DNA from: Candidatus Marsarchaeota G1 archaeon BE_D
GTDB taxonomy: Archaea > Thermoproteota > Thermoprotei_A > Marsarchaeales > Marsarchaeaceae
Direction of reading: 5' to 3'
Assembly: GCA_003019595.1 (NCBI GenBank)
Contig: NEXD01000002.1
Span: 13,137 to 77,136, forward strand
DNA length: 64,000 nt
The notes beneath the pieces were generated by a model. That model saw only the letters and a program-made list of their open reading frames with translations, had not been told where the DNA came from and did not search any database. Of this stretch, positions 9,507-19,355 are shown in pieces (the first letter of the stretch is position 1; every line of letters begins with the position of its first letter). The position numbers were made by a program, and so were the translations under genes.

Positions 9507-10479
9507 GGTACCTTCACTTCTTCAATTCTCCATCGAGGTCTTACAAAGCTTTCTTCTATTTCTATAAAACTTTTAAATGGATAATAGAGCGCACCAACGT
9601 ATGCTATCATCGCACCATTATCGCCAGCCAAATCTCCAGGAACAACTGAGAATTTAGCCCCCCTTTCTTCACACATTTTTCCTAACATTTCCACTAGTTT
9701 TTTTGAACGCGCAAGCCCTCCCGTTAAAGAAACTTCATCTTTTCCACTGGCAACTAGCACCCGCTCGGTCACTTCGGTTACCATCGCAAAAGATTCTTCA
9801 ACTAGGGTGTAAGCAAGGTCTACCACATCAACCCCTTTTGACAACATTCTTTTTGCGGCCGTTAGCATTCCTGAAAAACTCAAGTCTTGTCCTTTTATTG
9901 GCATTGGAATGTCTACTAGTTTTTCCCTTTTTGGGCAAGCTCTAGCACTTTTGGTGCACCAGGATATCCATAACCTAATTCTCTGGCGAACACGTCCAAA
10001 AGATTGCCTAGCGAAATATCTAAAGTTTCACCAGCTACAACATACCTGCCAGCAGCGAAGATCACTACGGCCGTGTTTCCTCCTGAAACATAAAGAGTCA
10101 CAGGATCCTTGGTTTGGGTGAATTTTCGAGCAATTTCAATATGAGCAACCGCATGATTTACTGCAATTAACGGGACCGATAGTTTGAGTGAAAGCGCTCT
10201 TGCGGTGACAGCTCCTACTCTTAAGCAAGGCCCAAGTCCAGGACCAAGCGCAACGGCCACAGAACAAATATTCAATTTTTTTTCTGAACAGAAACTAAGC
10301 GCGTCACGAACAATTTCTGGTGCCACTTCCACGTGATGTCTTGCAGCTTCTCTTGGGTGTATCCCGCCTTCTTTAGTTGTGTAGGTTGAAGAAAGATTTA
10401 GCAGAATTTCTCCTTCTAAAGTGCTCAAACCAACACCAAAGGTGTGCGCGGTGCTTTCTATACCCAAAACTACGTCCAT
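9482..10479 (-). CDS. kae1: KEOPS t6A synthase Kae1, single-base frameshift at 9920-9924
   Basis: N half GIESTAHT...VNHAVAH and C half DLSFSG...DNGAMIA join if the A5 run is A6. Confidence 0.93.
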
Positions 10480-10485
10480 TGTTAG

Positions 10486-10659
10486 CTACTTCGATTTGGT
10501 TTTCAAGTATTCCGTATACCCACATTTTCCACAAGCTAGTCTCTCAACACCGGCTTTGTGGTGAGCCAAATATGATCCACAACGTGGGCATTTTTTGTTT
10601 TTCGGTTTTATTAACATCTTTTGATAGTCATATTCATAAATCTTGTGCACGTAAGGCAT
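10486..10659 (-). CDS. rps27ae: ribosomal protein eS31 (S27ae), 57 aa
   Basis: Manual translation ...[15 protein letters not shown]...CGKCGYTEY. Confidence 0.97.
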   Translation of the reverse strand: MPYVHKIYEYDYQKMLIKPKNKKCPRCGSYLAHHKAGVERLACGKCGYTEYLKTKSK

Positions 10660-10689
10660 ACATCTAAATCACCAATGGGCTATTTTACG

Positions 10690-11022
10690 TTATTGCTTTT
10701 GCGTAGTAGCCTGTTCTTGTTTTTGTTGTTTCTTTTTGCCCATATCTCTGTTTAATCTGTACTCTCTCTCTATAAGCGGAACAAGCTCAGGATAATCGTA
10801 CACGTGTAATTGAACATAAACTTCGTTTGAACCATAGCGATGGCGAATGTTTTTAATCACGATTTGTTCTGGCTTAACGCCTAAGGCTTCTGCAAAACGC
10901 TGTTTTAGCTGTAGTCTAGAAGGTGTGGGTTCATGATAGGAAAGCGTCAATAGCACGCTCACTTCACGTCTCTTTAAAAGAGGATTTCTCGTATCCGTGA
11001 TTATTTTCGATGCACTACTCAT
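10690..11022 (-). CDS. rps24e: ribosomal protein eS24
   Basis: NPLLKRRE, TPSR motifs. Confidence 0.95.
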   Translation of the reverse strand: MSSASKIITDTRNPLLKRREVSVLLTLSYHEPTPSRLQLKQRFAEALGVKPEQIVIKNIRHRYGSNEVYVQLHVYDYPELVPLIEREYRLNRDMGKKKQQKQEQATTQKQ

Positions 11023-11530
11023 AAAGTCTAGCCTCCATTTGCCTAAAGATGGATAACGCTAACCCTCTTTTATTTTTGTTGACTTTTATGCAGACCACGC
11101 CCATATCGGGCTGACCGTAACACACGGTATAACCATTGGGGCAAAGAATCAAAGCAGGAATTGTAAGAAGATCTTCTTCGCCTTCGATAAAAAGGATGTA
11201 AGGGCTTTTTTTAAAAATGAGTAAGCGGAGGGTAAAAATTGCATCCAACGAAATCGAACCAGCAGGGTTCCAAGTCTTTGCTTTTTTTAAATTAAATGGC
11301 AAATTTATATCAGTTCGTTCACGTTTGGTCTTACCATCTATAATTCCTATCTTTGGCACTATTCCCTTTTGAATTACACTTGCTGTGACAATATCACCAA
11401 CCGTAACAAGCCTTCTTGGGTTTACACGTGATATCAATTTCTCAAATTCGTGTGCAGAGTACACTTTATCTAAGGGTCTTGCAAGCTTCGGTCTTAGTTT
11501 AAGAGGAAGGGTCCAGACCAACCTTGGCAT
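11015..11530 (-). CDS. DUF359 GTP-dependent dephospho-CoA kinase
   Basis: VGDIVT, DGKTKR, NPAG, GEEDLL, YGQP. Confidence 0.92.
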   Translation of the reverse strand: MPRLVWTLPLKLRPKLARPLDKVYSAHEFEKLISRVNPRRLVTVGDIVTASVIQKGIVPKIGIIDGKTKRERTDINLPFNLKKAKTWNPAGSISLDAIFTLRLLIFKKSPYILFIEGEEDLLTIPALILCPNGYTVCYGQPDMGVVCIKVNKNKRGLALSIFRQMEARLYE

Positions 11531-11531
11531 T

Positions 11532-11744
11532 TTAGTACAAGGTTAGAGCATATTTTCCAGGCTTTTTCAAGCCTAGTTCTTGCGCAATTTTTGATGTTTC
11601 TATGTCGTACACTATTATTAGACCTTCCCAAACGTCTGCGAATCTTTGAGACCCACAATTTTCACAACTCTGCGCTTCTAGTGAGTTAAGATATCTGCAT
11701 TCACGACAAGCTTTGTAAGGCGTGCCACTCTTTTTTGTGGGCAT
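11532..11744 (-). CDS. spt4: transcription elongation factor Spt4 (RpoE'')
   Basis: ACRECR...CENCGS, PGKYAL. Confidence 0.96.
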   Translation of the reverse strand: MPTKKSGTPYKACRECRYLNSLEAQSCENCGSQRFADVWEGLIIVYDIETSKIAQELGLKKPGKYALTLY

Positions 11745-11756
11745 ATGATAACACCC

Positions 11757-12323
11757 TTACTTCTTTTGTGCGACGGGTTGTTCTTGAGGTTTGTTCCATT
11801 CAGACTTTCCAAGCCCTGGTTGTCTACAAGTTAACATAAGCCTTGTTTCTCTCGTTTCATTTCTTGTGCTTATGTTTGTTATTCTTACCTTTAGTGAATC
11901 ATTAACTTGAAGCACTTTCTGTGTGTTTTTGCCTATTATCGCGTTTCTTTTCTGATCATACACGGCATAATCACTGTCAAAAACTTGAGAAATGTGCAAA
12001 ATACCTGTCATTGGACCAACCCTTATACTCGCACCCGATTCTGTGATTTCATCTACGACACCTTCGGCTATATCTCCAGGATATGGGATAAAGGATAATA
12101 GATCAGCAACAACTCTAACCTTAACTCCCCCATCACCAGGAATCAAATAACCCTCATCGTCGATCTCAACCGCGTCTAAAACAGTAACTACGTATCCAAG
12201 CTCTTTGTCAAAAACGCCAGAATACTTTTCTCGTAGTGTATCAAGAATCGCCTGTTTGGGTGGTGACCGCAATCTAAATGGGTCAACCCTCACTGCTTCT
12301 TCTATTCTTGTTAGATAAAACAT
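11757..12323 (-). CDS. rpoE1: RNA polymerase subunit Rpo7 (E')
   Basis: PGDGG, LHISQ, CRQPGLGK. Confidence 0.96.
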   Translation of the reverse strand: MFYLTRIEEAVRVDPFRLRSPPKQAILDTLREKYSGVFDKELGYVVTVLDAVEIDDEGYLIPGDGGVKVRVVADLLSFIPYPGDIAEGVVDEITESGASIRVGPMTGILHISQVFDSDYAVYDQKRNAIIGKNTQKVLQVNDSLKVRITNISTRNETRETRLMLTCRQPGLGKSEWNKPQEQPVAQKK

Positions 12324-12364
12324 TATACAACTAAGTTTTTGATATCATATATTAGGCTTACACA

Positions 12365-12817
12365 TTAATTGAACACAATTCTGCCATCTTTACTCAACGA
12401 AGCTACCCTTAATCCATGTGTTTTTAAGGTTTTTCGCAAAGCCTTATCACCAGTAACCACTATCGTCTTAGGATACGATTTGGCAAACCATACAATCGAT
12501 TCGTCGGCCGATGTGCAAGGTGTCGATACTATTGAAAACTTTTCGAGTAGACGTAAGCCTAGTCTGGCTCCTAGCTTTTTTTTACCTATGTTTGATTCGC
12601 GCAAATTGATTAGTTCTTTTTTTACTGCATCAGTTACACACAATTCATATGGTCCATCCACGATTTCGTCTAAAAGTGAAAAGACAGATTTTTTACCTTT
12701 TAAAATATGGTAAAATACATTTGTGTCAATAACAATTTTCCATTTCTCATTTGAGTGTTCCGTACCCAGTGAGCCTCCATTTTTCAAAAACCTTTCTTGC
12801 GATTGCAACACGACCAC
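12365..12817 (-). CDS. PIN domain protein (Fcf1/Utp24-like); start uncertain
   Basis: IDTN, ADE, TGDKAL; conserved aIF2g-PIN-rpoE context. Confidence 0.88.
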   Translation of the reverse strand: MVVLQSQERFLKNGGSLGTEHSNEKWKIVIDTNVFYHILKGKKSVFSLLDEIVDGPYELCVTDAVKKELINLRESNIGKKKLGARLGLRLLEKFSIVSTPCTSADESIVWFAKSYPKTIVVTGDKALRKTLKTHGLRVASLSKDGRIVFN

Positions 12818-13970
12818 CAGTTGTGGCTACAACAGGTCTATTCAACTTAACATCTAATTGTCCACTTTTAAAAGATTTTACTACACCGCTTACTATAGCT
12901 GGACCTATCGCCAAAACAATCTGTTCTCCTGGTTTAAGCGGTCCTAGAGTGGCCATTTCTTTAGTGCCAATCACTCTTTGAAAAACATGCGCTTCAATGC
13001 TTACTTCAGAGGTAGGTTGTGGAAGTGTGCCAATCATGCCAACGACGCTTCCTACAAGATTATCAGCCTTTGTCAAACTGGGATCCAAATCTGTTTCTAC
13101 GCCAATAAGACCTCCAGGATCGGCTTCTGTAAGTTCAATGCTATCACTTTTTAGACCTCTAACTGAGGCGGTTAATGGAGTGTATTTACCGTTTGACTTA
13201 ACACCTGGAAGAATTTCCACTTCATCACCAAGTTTTAATAGTCCAGTTAGAATAGATCCACCTAAAACTCCTCCATGAAACTCGTCTGGTGTAGTACCTG
13301 GTTTGTTTATATCGAACGACCTAATAACATACATTTGAAAGGGTTTCGTAAAATCTCTTTGCGGAACAGGAATCGTCTCTACAAGAGCTTTGATTAAAGC
13401 CGAAATGTTAATCTCGCGTAATGCTGAAACGGGTATTATAGGAGAACCTTCAGCCCAAGTTCCAGCTATCATTTGTTTAATTTCTTTATAGTTTTCAAGC
13501 GCCTTTTCTTTAGAAACAACATCCACTTTGTTTTGTACAATCACAAGTTTTTTAACACCCATGATTTCTAAAGCAGTAAAATGTTCTCTTGTTTGCGGTT
13601 GTGGACAAGGTTCATTTGCTGCTATCACTAGCATTGCACCATCCATCACAGCCGCTCCGCTTAGCATTCTTGCCATTAGCACTTCATGACCAGGAGAATC
13701 AACGAAAGACACGCTTCTTATAAATTGCGTGTCAGAACCACAGACTTTACACTTTGGTGTAGTTCCATACGTACCGCAGTTTGGGCAACGGTAAAATTGT
13801 GCACTGGCAAATCCAAGTTTGATCGTCATTCCTCTTTTTATCTCTTCACTATGTCTTGCAGTCCACACACCTGTTAAAGCCTTAACAAGTGTAGATTTAC
13901 CATGATCAACGTGTCCTACTACTCCAATGTTGAGTTTGGGTTTTCTTGGGTCAATTACCATTTGGTTCAA
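12747..13970 (-). CDS. eif2g: translation initiation factor aIF2 gamma
   Basis: GHVDHGKS, RGMTIKLG, DSPGHE, QNKVD. Confidence 0.98.
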   Translation of the reverse strand: MNQMVIDPRKPKLNIGVVGHVDHGKSTLVKALTGVWTARHSEEIKRGMTIKLGFASAQFYRCPNCGTYGTTPKCKVCGSDTQFIRSVSFVDSPGHEVLMARMLSGAAVMDGAMLVIAANEPCPQPQTREHFTALEIMGVKKLVIVQNKVDVVSKEKALENYKEIKQMIAGTWAEGSPIIPVSALREINISALIKALVETIPVPQRDFTKPFQMYVIRSFDINKPGTTPDEFHGGVLGGSILTGLLKLGDEVEILPGVKSNGKYTPLTASVRGLKSDSIELTEADPGGLIGVETDLDPSLTKADNLVGSVVGMIGTLPQPTSEVSIEAHVFQRVIGTKEMATLGPLKPGEQIVLAIGPAIVSGVVKSFKSGQLDVKLNRPVVATTGGRVAIARKVFEKWRLTGYGTLK

Positions 13971-14292
13971 CCTTTTTCTTTGCCTTTACATTTATTTGGA
14001 CTATCGATTCTGTGATTAGCGATCCCCTTCTATAAACTCTTCTAGCTATTCCATTCTTGTCACGCAGAAGAACTCTGATCAAACCACCGCCTTGAATAAA
14101 AGGAACCATTGGAAAACCTGCTGAATCGCTACCTCCTGTGATCACCATTTCGAAACCTGGTTTTTCAATTAAAGAGCCGTCAAAAACGTCTCCGATTTTC
14201 ATTCCAATTAGTTGGGTAGCAACTTTATCCTTTGCAATAACAGTTTCCGCTTTTCCATCTGGATATGACACTACGATTTTAAATTCTACCAT
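13951..14292 (-). CDS. rps6e: ribosomal protein eS6
   Basis: ITGGSDSAGFPM, IVQIN. Confidence 0.95.
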   Translation of the reverse strand: MVEFKIVVSYPDGKAETVIAKDKVATQLIGMKIGDVFDGSLIEKPGFEMVITGGSDSAGFPMVPFIQGGGLIRVLLRDKNGIARRVYRRGSLITESIVQINVKAKKKVEPNGN

Positions 14293-14342
14293 GGATTTTC
14301 AAATAGTGCGCAGAGATTAAAGCTTATTTGAATAACGAGCTT

Positions 14343-16132
14343 TTATCGCTTGTCTTCACAACCTTTTCTGTACTCTTCTAAGAGTGCTAACTCTTCTTCA
14401 GTGAGCATAGACCTGAATTTAGATTTCAAAAGATTTGCGTGTTCTTCTGGAACAGCGGTGTACAATACCTCGCCTTCAAAGATATGTCTACCCACAACTA
14501 CGTCACCCTTAATTGATATCGCAACACTTTGCCCTTTTGTTGCGCTTTCCAAAGTTTTTCCACTTTCTTGAATCTGCATAATAGTACCGATAAACTCACA
14601 TTTAGCATTTTGTAAAGGATAACCTGGTTTAATTTGTCCCTCTAAAACTTCAATGCCCACAATTACAGGATTGCTTCTTCTGAATACATATCCTTCAAGA
14701 ATTTTGAGTTTTGCTGGTCTTATAAGCGCAGAAAATTCATTGATTAAGGCTTTGCTTTTTTGTTCCTGTAACCATTTGGTGTATTCTTCAATTAATTCGT
14801 AGATCACTTCTTTTCTAAATATTGGAACACCTAACTCTTTGGCTTCTTCAACGACATTTGACAAAGGTCTAACATTAAAAGCCAAAACTACTCCGAAAAA
14901 TGGATCGCTCTTTTTTGTTATTGCCGCTTCGAGAACATCCCTTTTTGAGATGTTTCCTATATCCGCATATCTCACAGGAATACCATTTCTTCTTAATGCG
15001 TCTACAAGGGCTTCTAATGAACCAAGTGCGTCAGCCTTGACAACAACACCCACCTTGTCCGATTTTATTCTTATGGAATTTAACTCATTGAGGATCAATT
15101 CTTGTGCTTTGTCTAATGACATCATTCCGTTTACCACATATATCGGTGAACCTGCGACAGTTTTGTCCAAATCGGCCGCAACGATCTTTACGCCCATTGC
15201 GGCTTGTGCTGTTTCCACCTCGATAAACTTATCTTCAGGGCTTCTCATATCATTAAGTGGTTTTGGCACAAGAATCGCCTTTACTTTGGTAATTATCGCA
15301 CCCTGTAGCCCACCTAAAACGATCGTGTCTCCTTTTTTGAGAACTCCGTCGTAAATTATAGCATCCACAGTGGTTCCCAAACCTGGCTCTTCTTTCACTT
15401 CAAGCACGACGCCTTTGGTCTCATTAAAATTAATTTGAAGTTTATTTTTAAGAAAAATCTGGCACAGTCCGATTGTGATTAGCATTAATTCTGGTATGCC
15501 TTCACCTGTCAGTGCGCTAACGGGAACTATTGAAAGCTGGGATCTAAAATCTTTAATCCTGTCAAATCTTTCTGCAAAAAAACCCAAATTGGCTAAATCT
15601 CCGATTAGTTTGTAAAAAAGACTGTCAAAATTAGTCTTTACCAATATAGTTTGGCTATTGAGACTGCTGATTACATCCATTTCAGGGTGAGCGACCCACC
15701 CAGGAATTCTGTCTATTTTGTTTAACGCAATTAGAAAAGGTGTCTTTTTTTCCTTAAGTATTTGAATGCTTTCAATTGTTTGTTTTTCTAGGCCTTTTAG
15801 CACATCCACCACTAAAATCACAATATCAGCTATTGAACCACCTCGCTTTCTTAAATTTACGAAGGCTTCATGACCTGGTGTGTCAATAAACAAAAGTCCT
15901 GGAATTTCAATTTTCACGCGATATTTGGAAATCAAATTACCAGCTAGTTTTCGCACCACTTCAGAAGGAACGTAACTAGCTCCGATATGCTGCGTCTAGC
16001 ATCCTTTTACAGGATCATGCCCGCAGCTTCTCGGAGCTGAACAGTCGTTCCTCGGATTTTATCGAGTAGTGTTGTTTTCCCAGAATCAACGTGACCAAGA
16101 ACTGAAACTATAGCTTGACGAAGAATCGTCAC
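14343..16132 (-). CDS. infB: translation initiation factor aIF5B, two exons (16132-16016, 15995-14343), 589 aa after splicing
   Basis: Exon 1 [39 protein letters not shown] joins exon 2 [10 protein letters not shown]...DTPGHEAF...NKID; GGTGA RBS upstream of GTG. Confidence 0.95.
15996..16015 (-). other. 20-nt BHB intron in aIF5B pre-mRNA
   Basis: GCUGCG-GGCA-UG^A-UCCU-GUAAA-AGGA-UGCU-AG^A-CGCAGC; excision restores frame and motif. Confidence 0.92.
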
Positions 16133-16239
16133 ACGTCTATCACCAAAACTATAAAACGAATTTTAGATTTTTAGGTGTTTTCCTTAGTAGGGGTTCATAA
16201 TTTCGCTGTCGTTTATGATGTTATCACAAACGAAACTTT

Positions 16240-16644
16240 CTACCCAAAGATTAATTTAATTTCGTACTGTGAGGATTCAGGAGAATCAGAGGCGTGTACC
16301 ACATTCCTTTGGATAGACGTACCAAAATCTCCACGGATTGTTCCAGGAGGGGCAATCGTCGAATCGGTAGGTCCAACAAGATTTCTTACTACTTTTATTG
16401 CCGACTCGCCTTCGACAAGAAGAGCAACTACCTCACCTGAAGTTATATACTCAATAAGTTCGTTAAAAAATGGTTTGTTTTTGTGAACGGCGTAAAATTT
16501 TTCTGCCAATTCTCTCGTAAACAAAAATTTCTTTATAGCTACGATTTTTAATCCTTTTCTTTCAACTCTTGAAATTACTTCGCCAGTTATTTTGGCTTCT
16601 ACCCCATCTGGCTTTATCATTAAAAGGGTCCTTTCTAAAACCAA
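16240..16644 (-). CDS. ndk: nucleoside diphosphate kinase
   Basis: [22 protein letters not shown]. Confidence 0.98.
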   Translation of the reverse strand: MVLERTLLMIKPDGVEAKITGEVISRVERKGLKIVAIKKFLFTRELAEKFYAVHKNKPFFNELIEYITSGEVVALLVEGESAIKVVRNLVGPTDSTIAPPGTIRGDFGTSIQRNVVHASDSPESSQYEIKLIFG

Positions 16645-16650
16645 TCGACT

Positions 16651-16851
16651 TCACCGAGTTTTTGCTTTTACGTATTTTTTAGTCCATTTAGTTTTTTGAG
16701 GAATATGTTTTAAAAACAGCATATTTTTCTTACATTTTGAGCTACAAAATCGTAGAATAGACCCATCGTTTTTAACGTAAACCAAACCAGTTCCTGGTTC
16801 TATCCTGTTGCCACAAAAGGAGCAGTCGTAATATTTGGCCATGAGCTTCAC
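16651..16851 (-). CDS. rpl24e: ribosomal protein eL24
   Basis: CSFCG..IEPGTG, FCSSKC. Confidence 0.97.
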   Translation of the reverse strand: MKLMAKYYDCSFCGNRIEPGTGLVYVKNDGSILRFCSSKCKKNMLFLKHIPQKTKWTKKYVKAKTR

Positions 16852-17072
16852 CTTTTAGTAGAAATTTTTCTAGCTTCTCTTTCTGTTTCTCGTAGCATTA
16901 GTATGTCTCCTATCCTTACAGGACCCATAACATTTCTTGTTATTGTCCTTCCTTTCATAGGTCCACTTAATATTCTAACACGCACCTGTGTAACTTCGCC
17001 CGCAACGCCTGTTCTACCAACAATGGATACAACCTCAGCAGGAAATGCCTCTTCGGTAGGCTGTGCACTCAT
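16848..17072 (-). CDS. rps28e: ribosomal protein eS28
   Basis: [19 protein letters not shown]. Confidence 0.98.
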   Translation of the reverse strand: MSAQPTEEAFPAEVVSIVGRTGVAGEVTQVRVRILSGPMKGRTITRNVMGPVRIGDILMLRETEREARKISTKR

Positions 17073-17083
17073 GCATTAATCCC

Positions 17084-17461
17084 CTATTTCTTTTGCTGTT
17101 TTAAGGAAGATATTGAGTTTATTATCTCAGCTAGCAACTCTTTGTTTTGTACTTCAATGATACAAGCAGCTGCTGCGCTGACCTCTAAACCAGCGGCCTC
17201 GCCTATCTTTTTCTTTTCACTAATAAAAATATAAGGAACCTTTTTGTCTTCGCATAGTAAAGGTAGATGTGCTACAACTTCAGGCGGTTGCACGTCTAAA
17301 GCTATGTACACAAGTTTGGCAAGTCCGCGCTCAATCGCTTTTGTTGTTTCATTAGTGCCCTTTCTTATTTTTCCACTTTCTTTTGCTTCTCTTAGTAATT
17401 TTAACGCTTTTTCCTCAAGCTCAGCTGGTGTTTGAAAAGTTACATAAAATGGTGTCGACAT
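17084..17461 (-). CDS. rpl7ae: ribosomal protein eL8 (L7Ae)
   Basis: [22 protein letters not shown]. Confidence 0.98.
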   Translation of the reverse strand: MSTPFYVTFQTPAELEEKALKLLREAKESGKIRKGTNETTKAIERGLAKLVYIALDVQPPEVVAHLPLLCEDKKVPYIFISEKKKIGEAAGLEVSAAAACIIEVQNKELLAEIINSISSLKQQKK

Positions 17462-17591
17462 TTTTATTCACGAGCCATCATTGGCATTCACACTTGAGCG
17501 TGCATATTTTAAAGTTTTATGGTTACACTCTGATGACGAATAAAAACTATTTACTACACGTTTTTCATACTTTAATAGTTTGTCAATATGG

Positions 17592-19349
17592 TTAATCGTG
17601 TGTGAATATCAAATTAGCTTCTTCCGATAGTTCATCTAACCGAGCATAACCTATCCGGACTAGTTGTACTACACTTCCTTTTTCGATCAAACGCACACTA
17701 CTTTCTATGAATCCCTTTTTGACATACAGATTCATGCCGTTAGCGATAAAGAGTGTTGCTCTGACAGAATCATTTGCTGGAACCCATTGAAATATTGGAA
17801 CTCTTTGTCCACCCAATTCTTCTATGCTTTTTGACTCGTAATCTGCAATCAGTTTCTCGTGATCTTTTCCAAAAATTTTTATATTAAACAATTCCATTAA
17901 CCTAAGCTTATCACCCGGTTTAAGTGAAAGAGCGTCCGAACCAGATATATAAACGTCTATCGTATTTTCTATTATTTTAAGCTTAATTTTTCGAAATCCC
18001 ATAGCAGGATAGCTTGGATGTAAAGGAAGTTCAACGATTTCTGACAACTCTTTTGGCACGTTCCTTACTACGAGTTTTACTGGATCAAGCGTCAAAAAAA
18101 GCCTATTTGCCTTTGGCTCTACAACCCTTCTATTTAGCGTAGCAAGATTGTCCCAACTTATCGTAGCTTCCGAAGGTTTGAAACCAACGTCTATTATAAG
18201 ATCAATTAAAGCTTTTGGTTGAAACCCTCTTCTACGCAAAGCCATAAGGGTTGCTAGCCTTGGATCGTCCCACCCGTCACAAAACGAAGGAAAATCTATA
18301 AGTTGCCCTGATAAGATTGTTGAACGAATTTTCGATTTGCTGAGAATATAGCCTTCTAATTTCAACCTGCCATATTGAATCGAAAAAGGTGTGGATAATC
18401 CTAATTTTTTTTGAATTTCTGTCTGTATTAAACTATTTGTCAAATGCTCCTTACCACGAAAAATTAGTGTGACGCCCATTAATGAGTCGTCTAAAGCCGC
18501 AGAAAAATTGTACAAAGGAAAAACATAGTATTTTGAGCCTATTCGTGGATGCGGATGTTTTCTTGTATCTATCACTCTCATCAACGGCGGATCACGTAAA
18601 GCGGGGTTGGATTCGTGCATTGAAGTTTTGAGCCGTAAGACCGCTTTTCCTTCTTCAATATTACCAGCGATCATTTTTTCAAACAGCACAAGGGAGTCTT
18701 TTCGATCCCTGTGTGGACAAGCCAAACCACTATTTTTATAGTTTTTAAAGACTTCTTGCGTACATTCGCACACGTATGCATCATCATTTGCTATTAGTCT
18801 TCTTGCATATTCATAGTAAAGTTCTAATCTGTCAGATTGTATATATAGTTCGTCCCATTCTAATCCTAGCCATTTTAGATCTTCCTGTATCCAGTCATAC
18901 GCCTTTAGTAAAGGTGGTTTGATTTTCGGGTCTGTGTCTTCAAAACGAAGGATAAACTTTCCTCCGTATTTTTTTGCGTATTTGTAACTTAGCACAGCAG
19001 CTCTTAGATTTCCTATATGTAGTGGTCCATCGGGATTCGGCGCAAATCTTGTGACAACCCTTTCTGGTCTGTTTGGAATGTCAGGTAGATCTTTTTCTTC
19101 TTGAGGTTTTTGTTTAATCGAAAGATAGGATTTGTATTTTTCCAATTCTATTTTTTGTTCTTCATAAGATAAAGAGTTTACCTTTATCGTAAATTGCTCA
19201 ACAATTTTCAAAATTTCTTTCACCTTGGATCTTAATTCTTGGTGTTTTGCCAAAATTTTGCCAAGTACCGCTTGAGTAGAAGCTTTTCCATTATGCTCTA
19301 TTGCATTAAATAACGTTTCCGCATATATTTCGTAGTCTAAATCATTCAA
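17592..19349 (-). CDS. gltX: glutamyl-tRNA synthetase
   Basis: RFAPNPDGPLHIGN, LSKSK, GWDDPRL. Confidence 0.97.
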   Translation of the reverse strand: MNDLDYEIYAETLFNAIEHNGKASTQAVLGKILAKHQELRSKVKEILKIVEQFTIKVNSLSYEEQKIELEKYKSYLSIKQKPQEEKDLPDIPNRPERVVTRFAPNPDGPLHIGNLRAAVLSYKYAKKYGGKFILRFEDTDPKIKPPLLKAYDWIQEDLKWLGLEWDELYIQSDRLELYYEYARRLIANDDAYVCECTQEVFKNYKNSGLACPHRDRKDSLVLFEKMIAGNIEEGKAVLRLKTSMHESNPALRDPPLMRVIDTRKHPHPRIGSKYYVFPLYNFSAALDDSLMGVTLIFRGKEHLTNSLIQTEIQKKLGLSTPFSIQYGRLKLEGYILSKSKIRSTILSGQLIDFPSFCDGWDDPRLATLMALRRRGFQPKALIDLIIDVGFKPSEATISWDNLATLNRRVVEPKANRLFLTLDPVKLVVRNVPKELSEIVELPLHPSYPAMGFRKIKLKIIENTIDVYISGSDALSLKPGDKLRLMELFNIKIFGKDHEKLIADYESKSIEELGGQRVPIFQWVPANDSVRATLFIANGMNLYVKKGFIESSVRLIEKGSVVQLVRIGYARLDELSEEANLIFTHD

Positions 19350-19355
19350 GGCCTT

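Noticed and set aside
9905..9930. BHB intron at the kae1 break
   Set aside because: No extra sequence and no BHB; a single missing A explains it
14839..15354. Long antisense ORFs (also 44462-44959, 42959-43342 and similar)
   Set aside because: Shadows of conserved genes on the opposite strand with no recognisable motifs
18270..18320. Apparent short insertion in GluRS (QLIDFPSF) as an in-frame intron
   Set aside because: No BHB geometry found by eye
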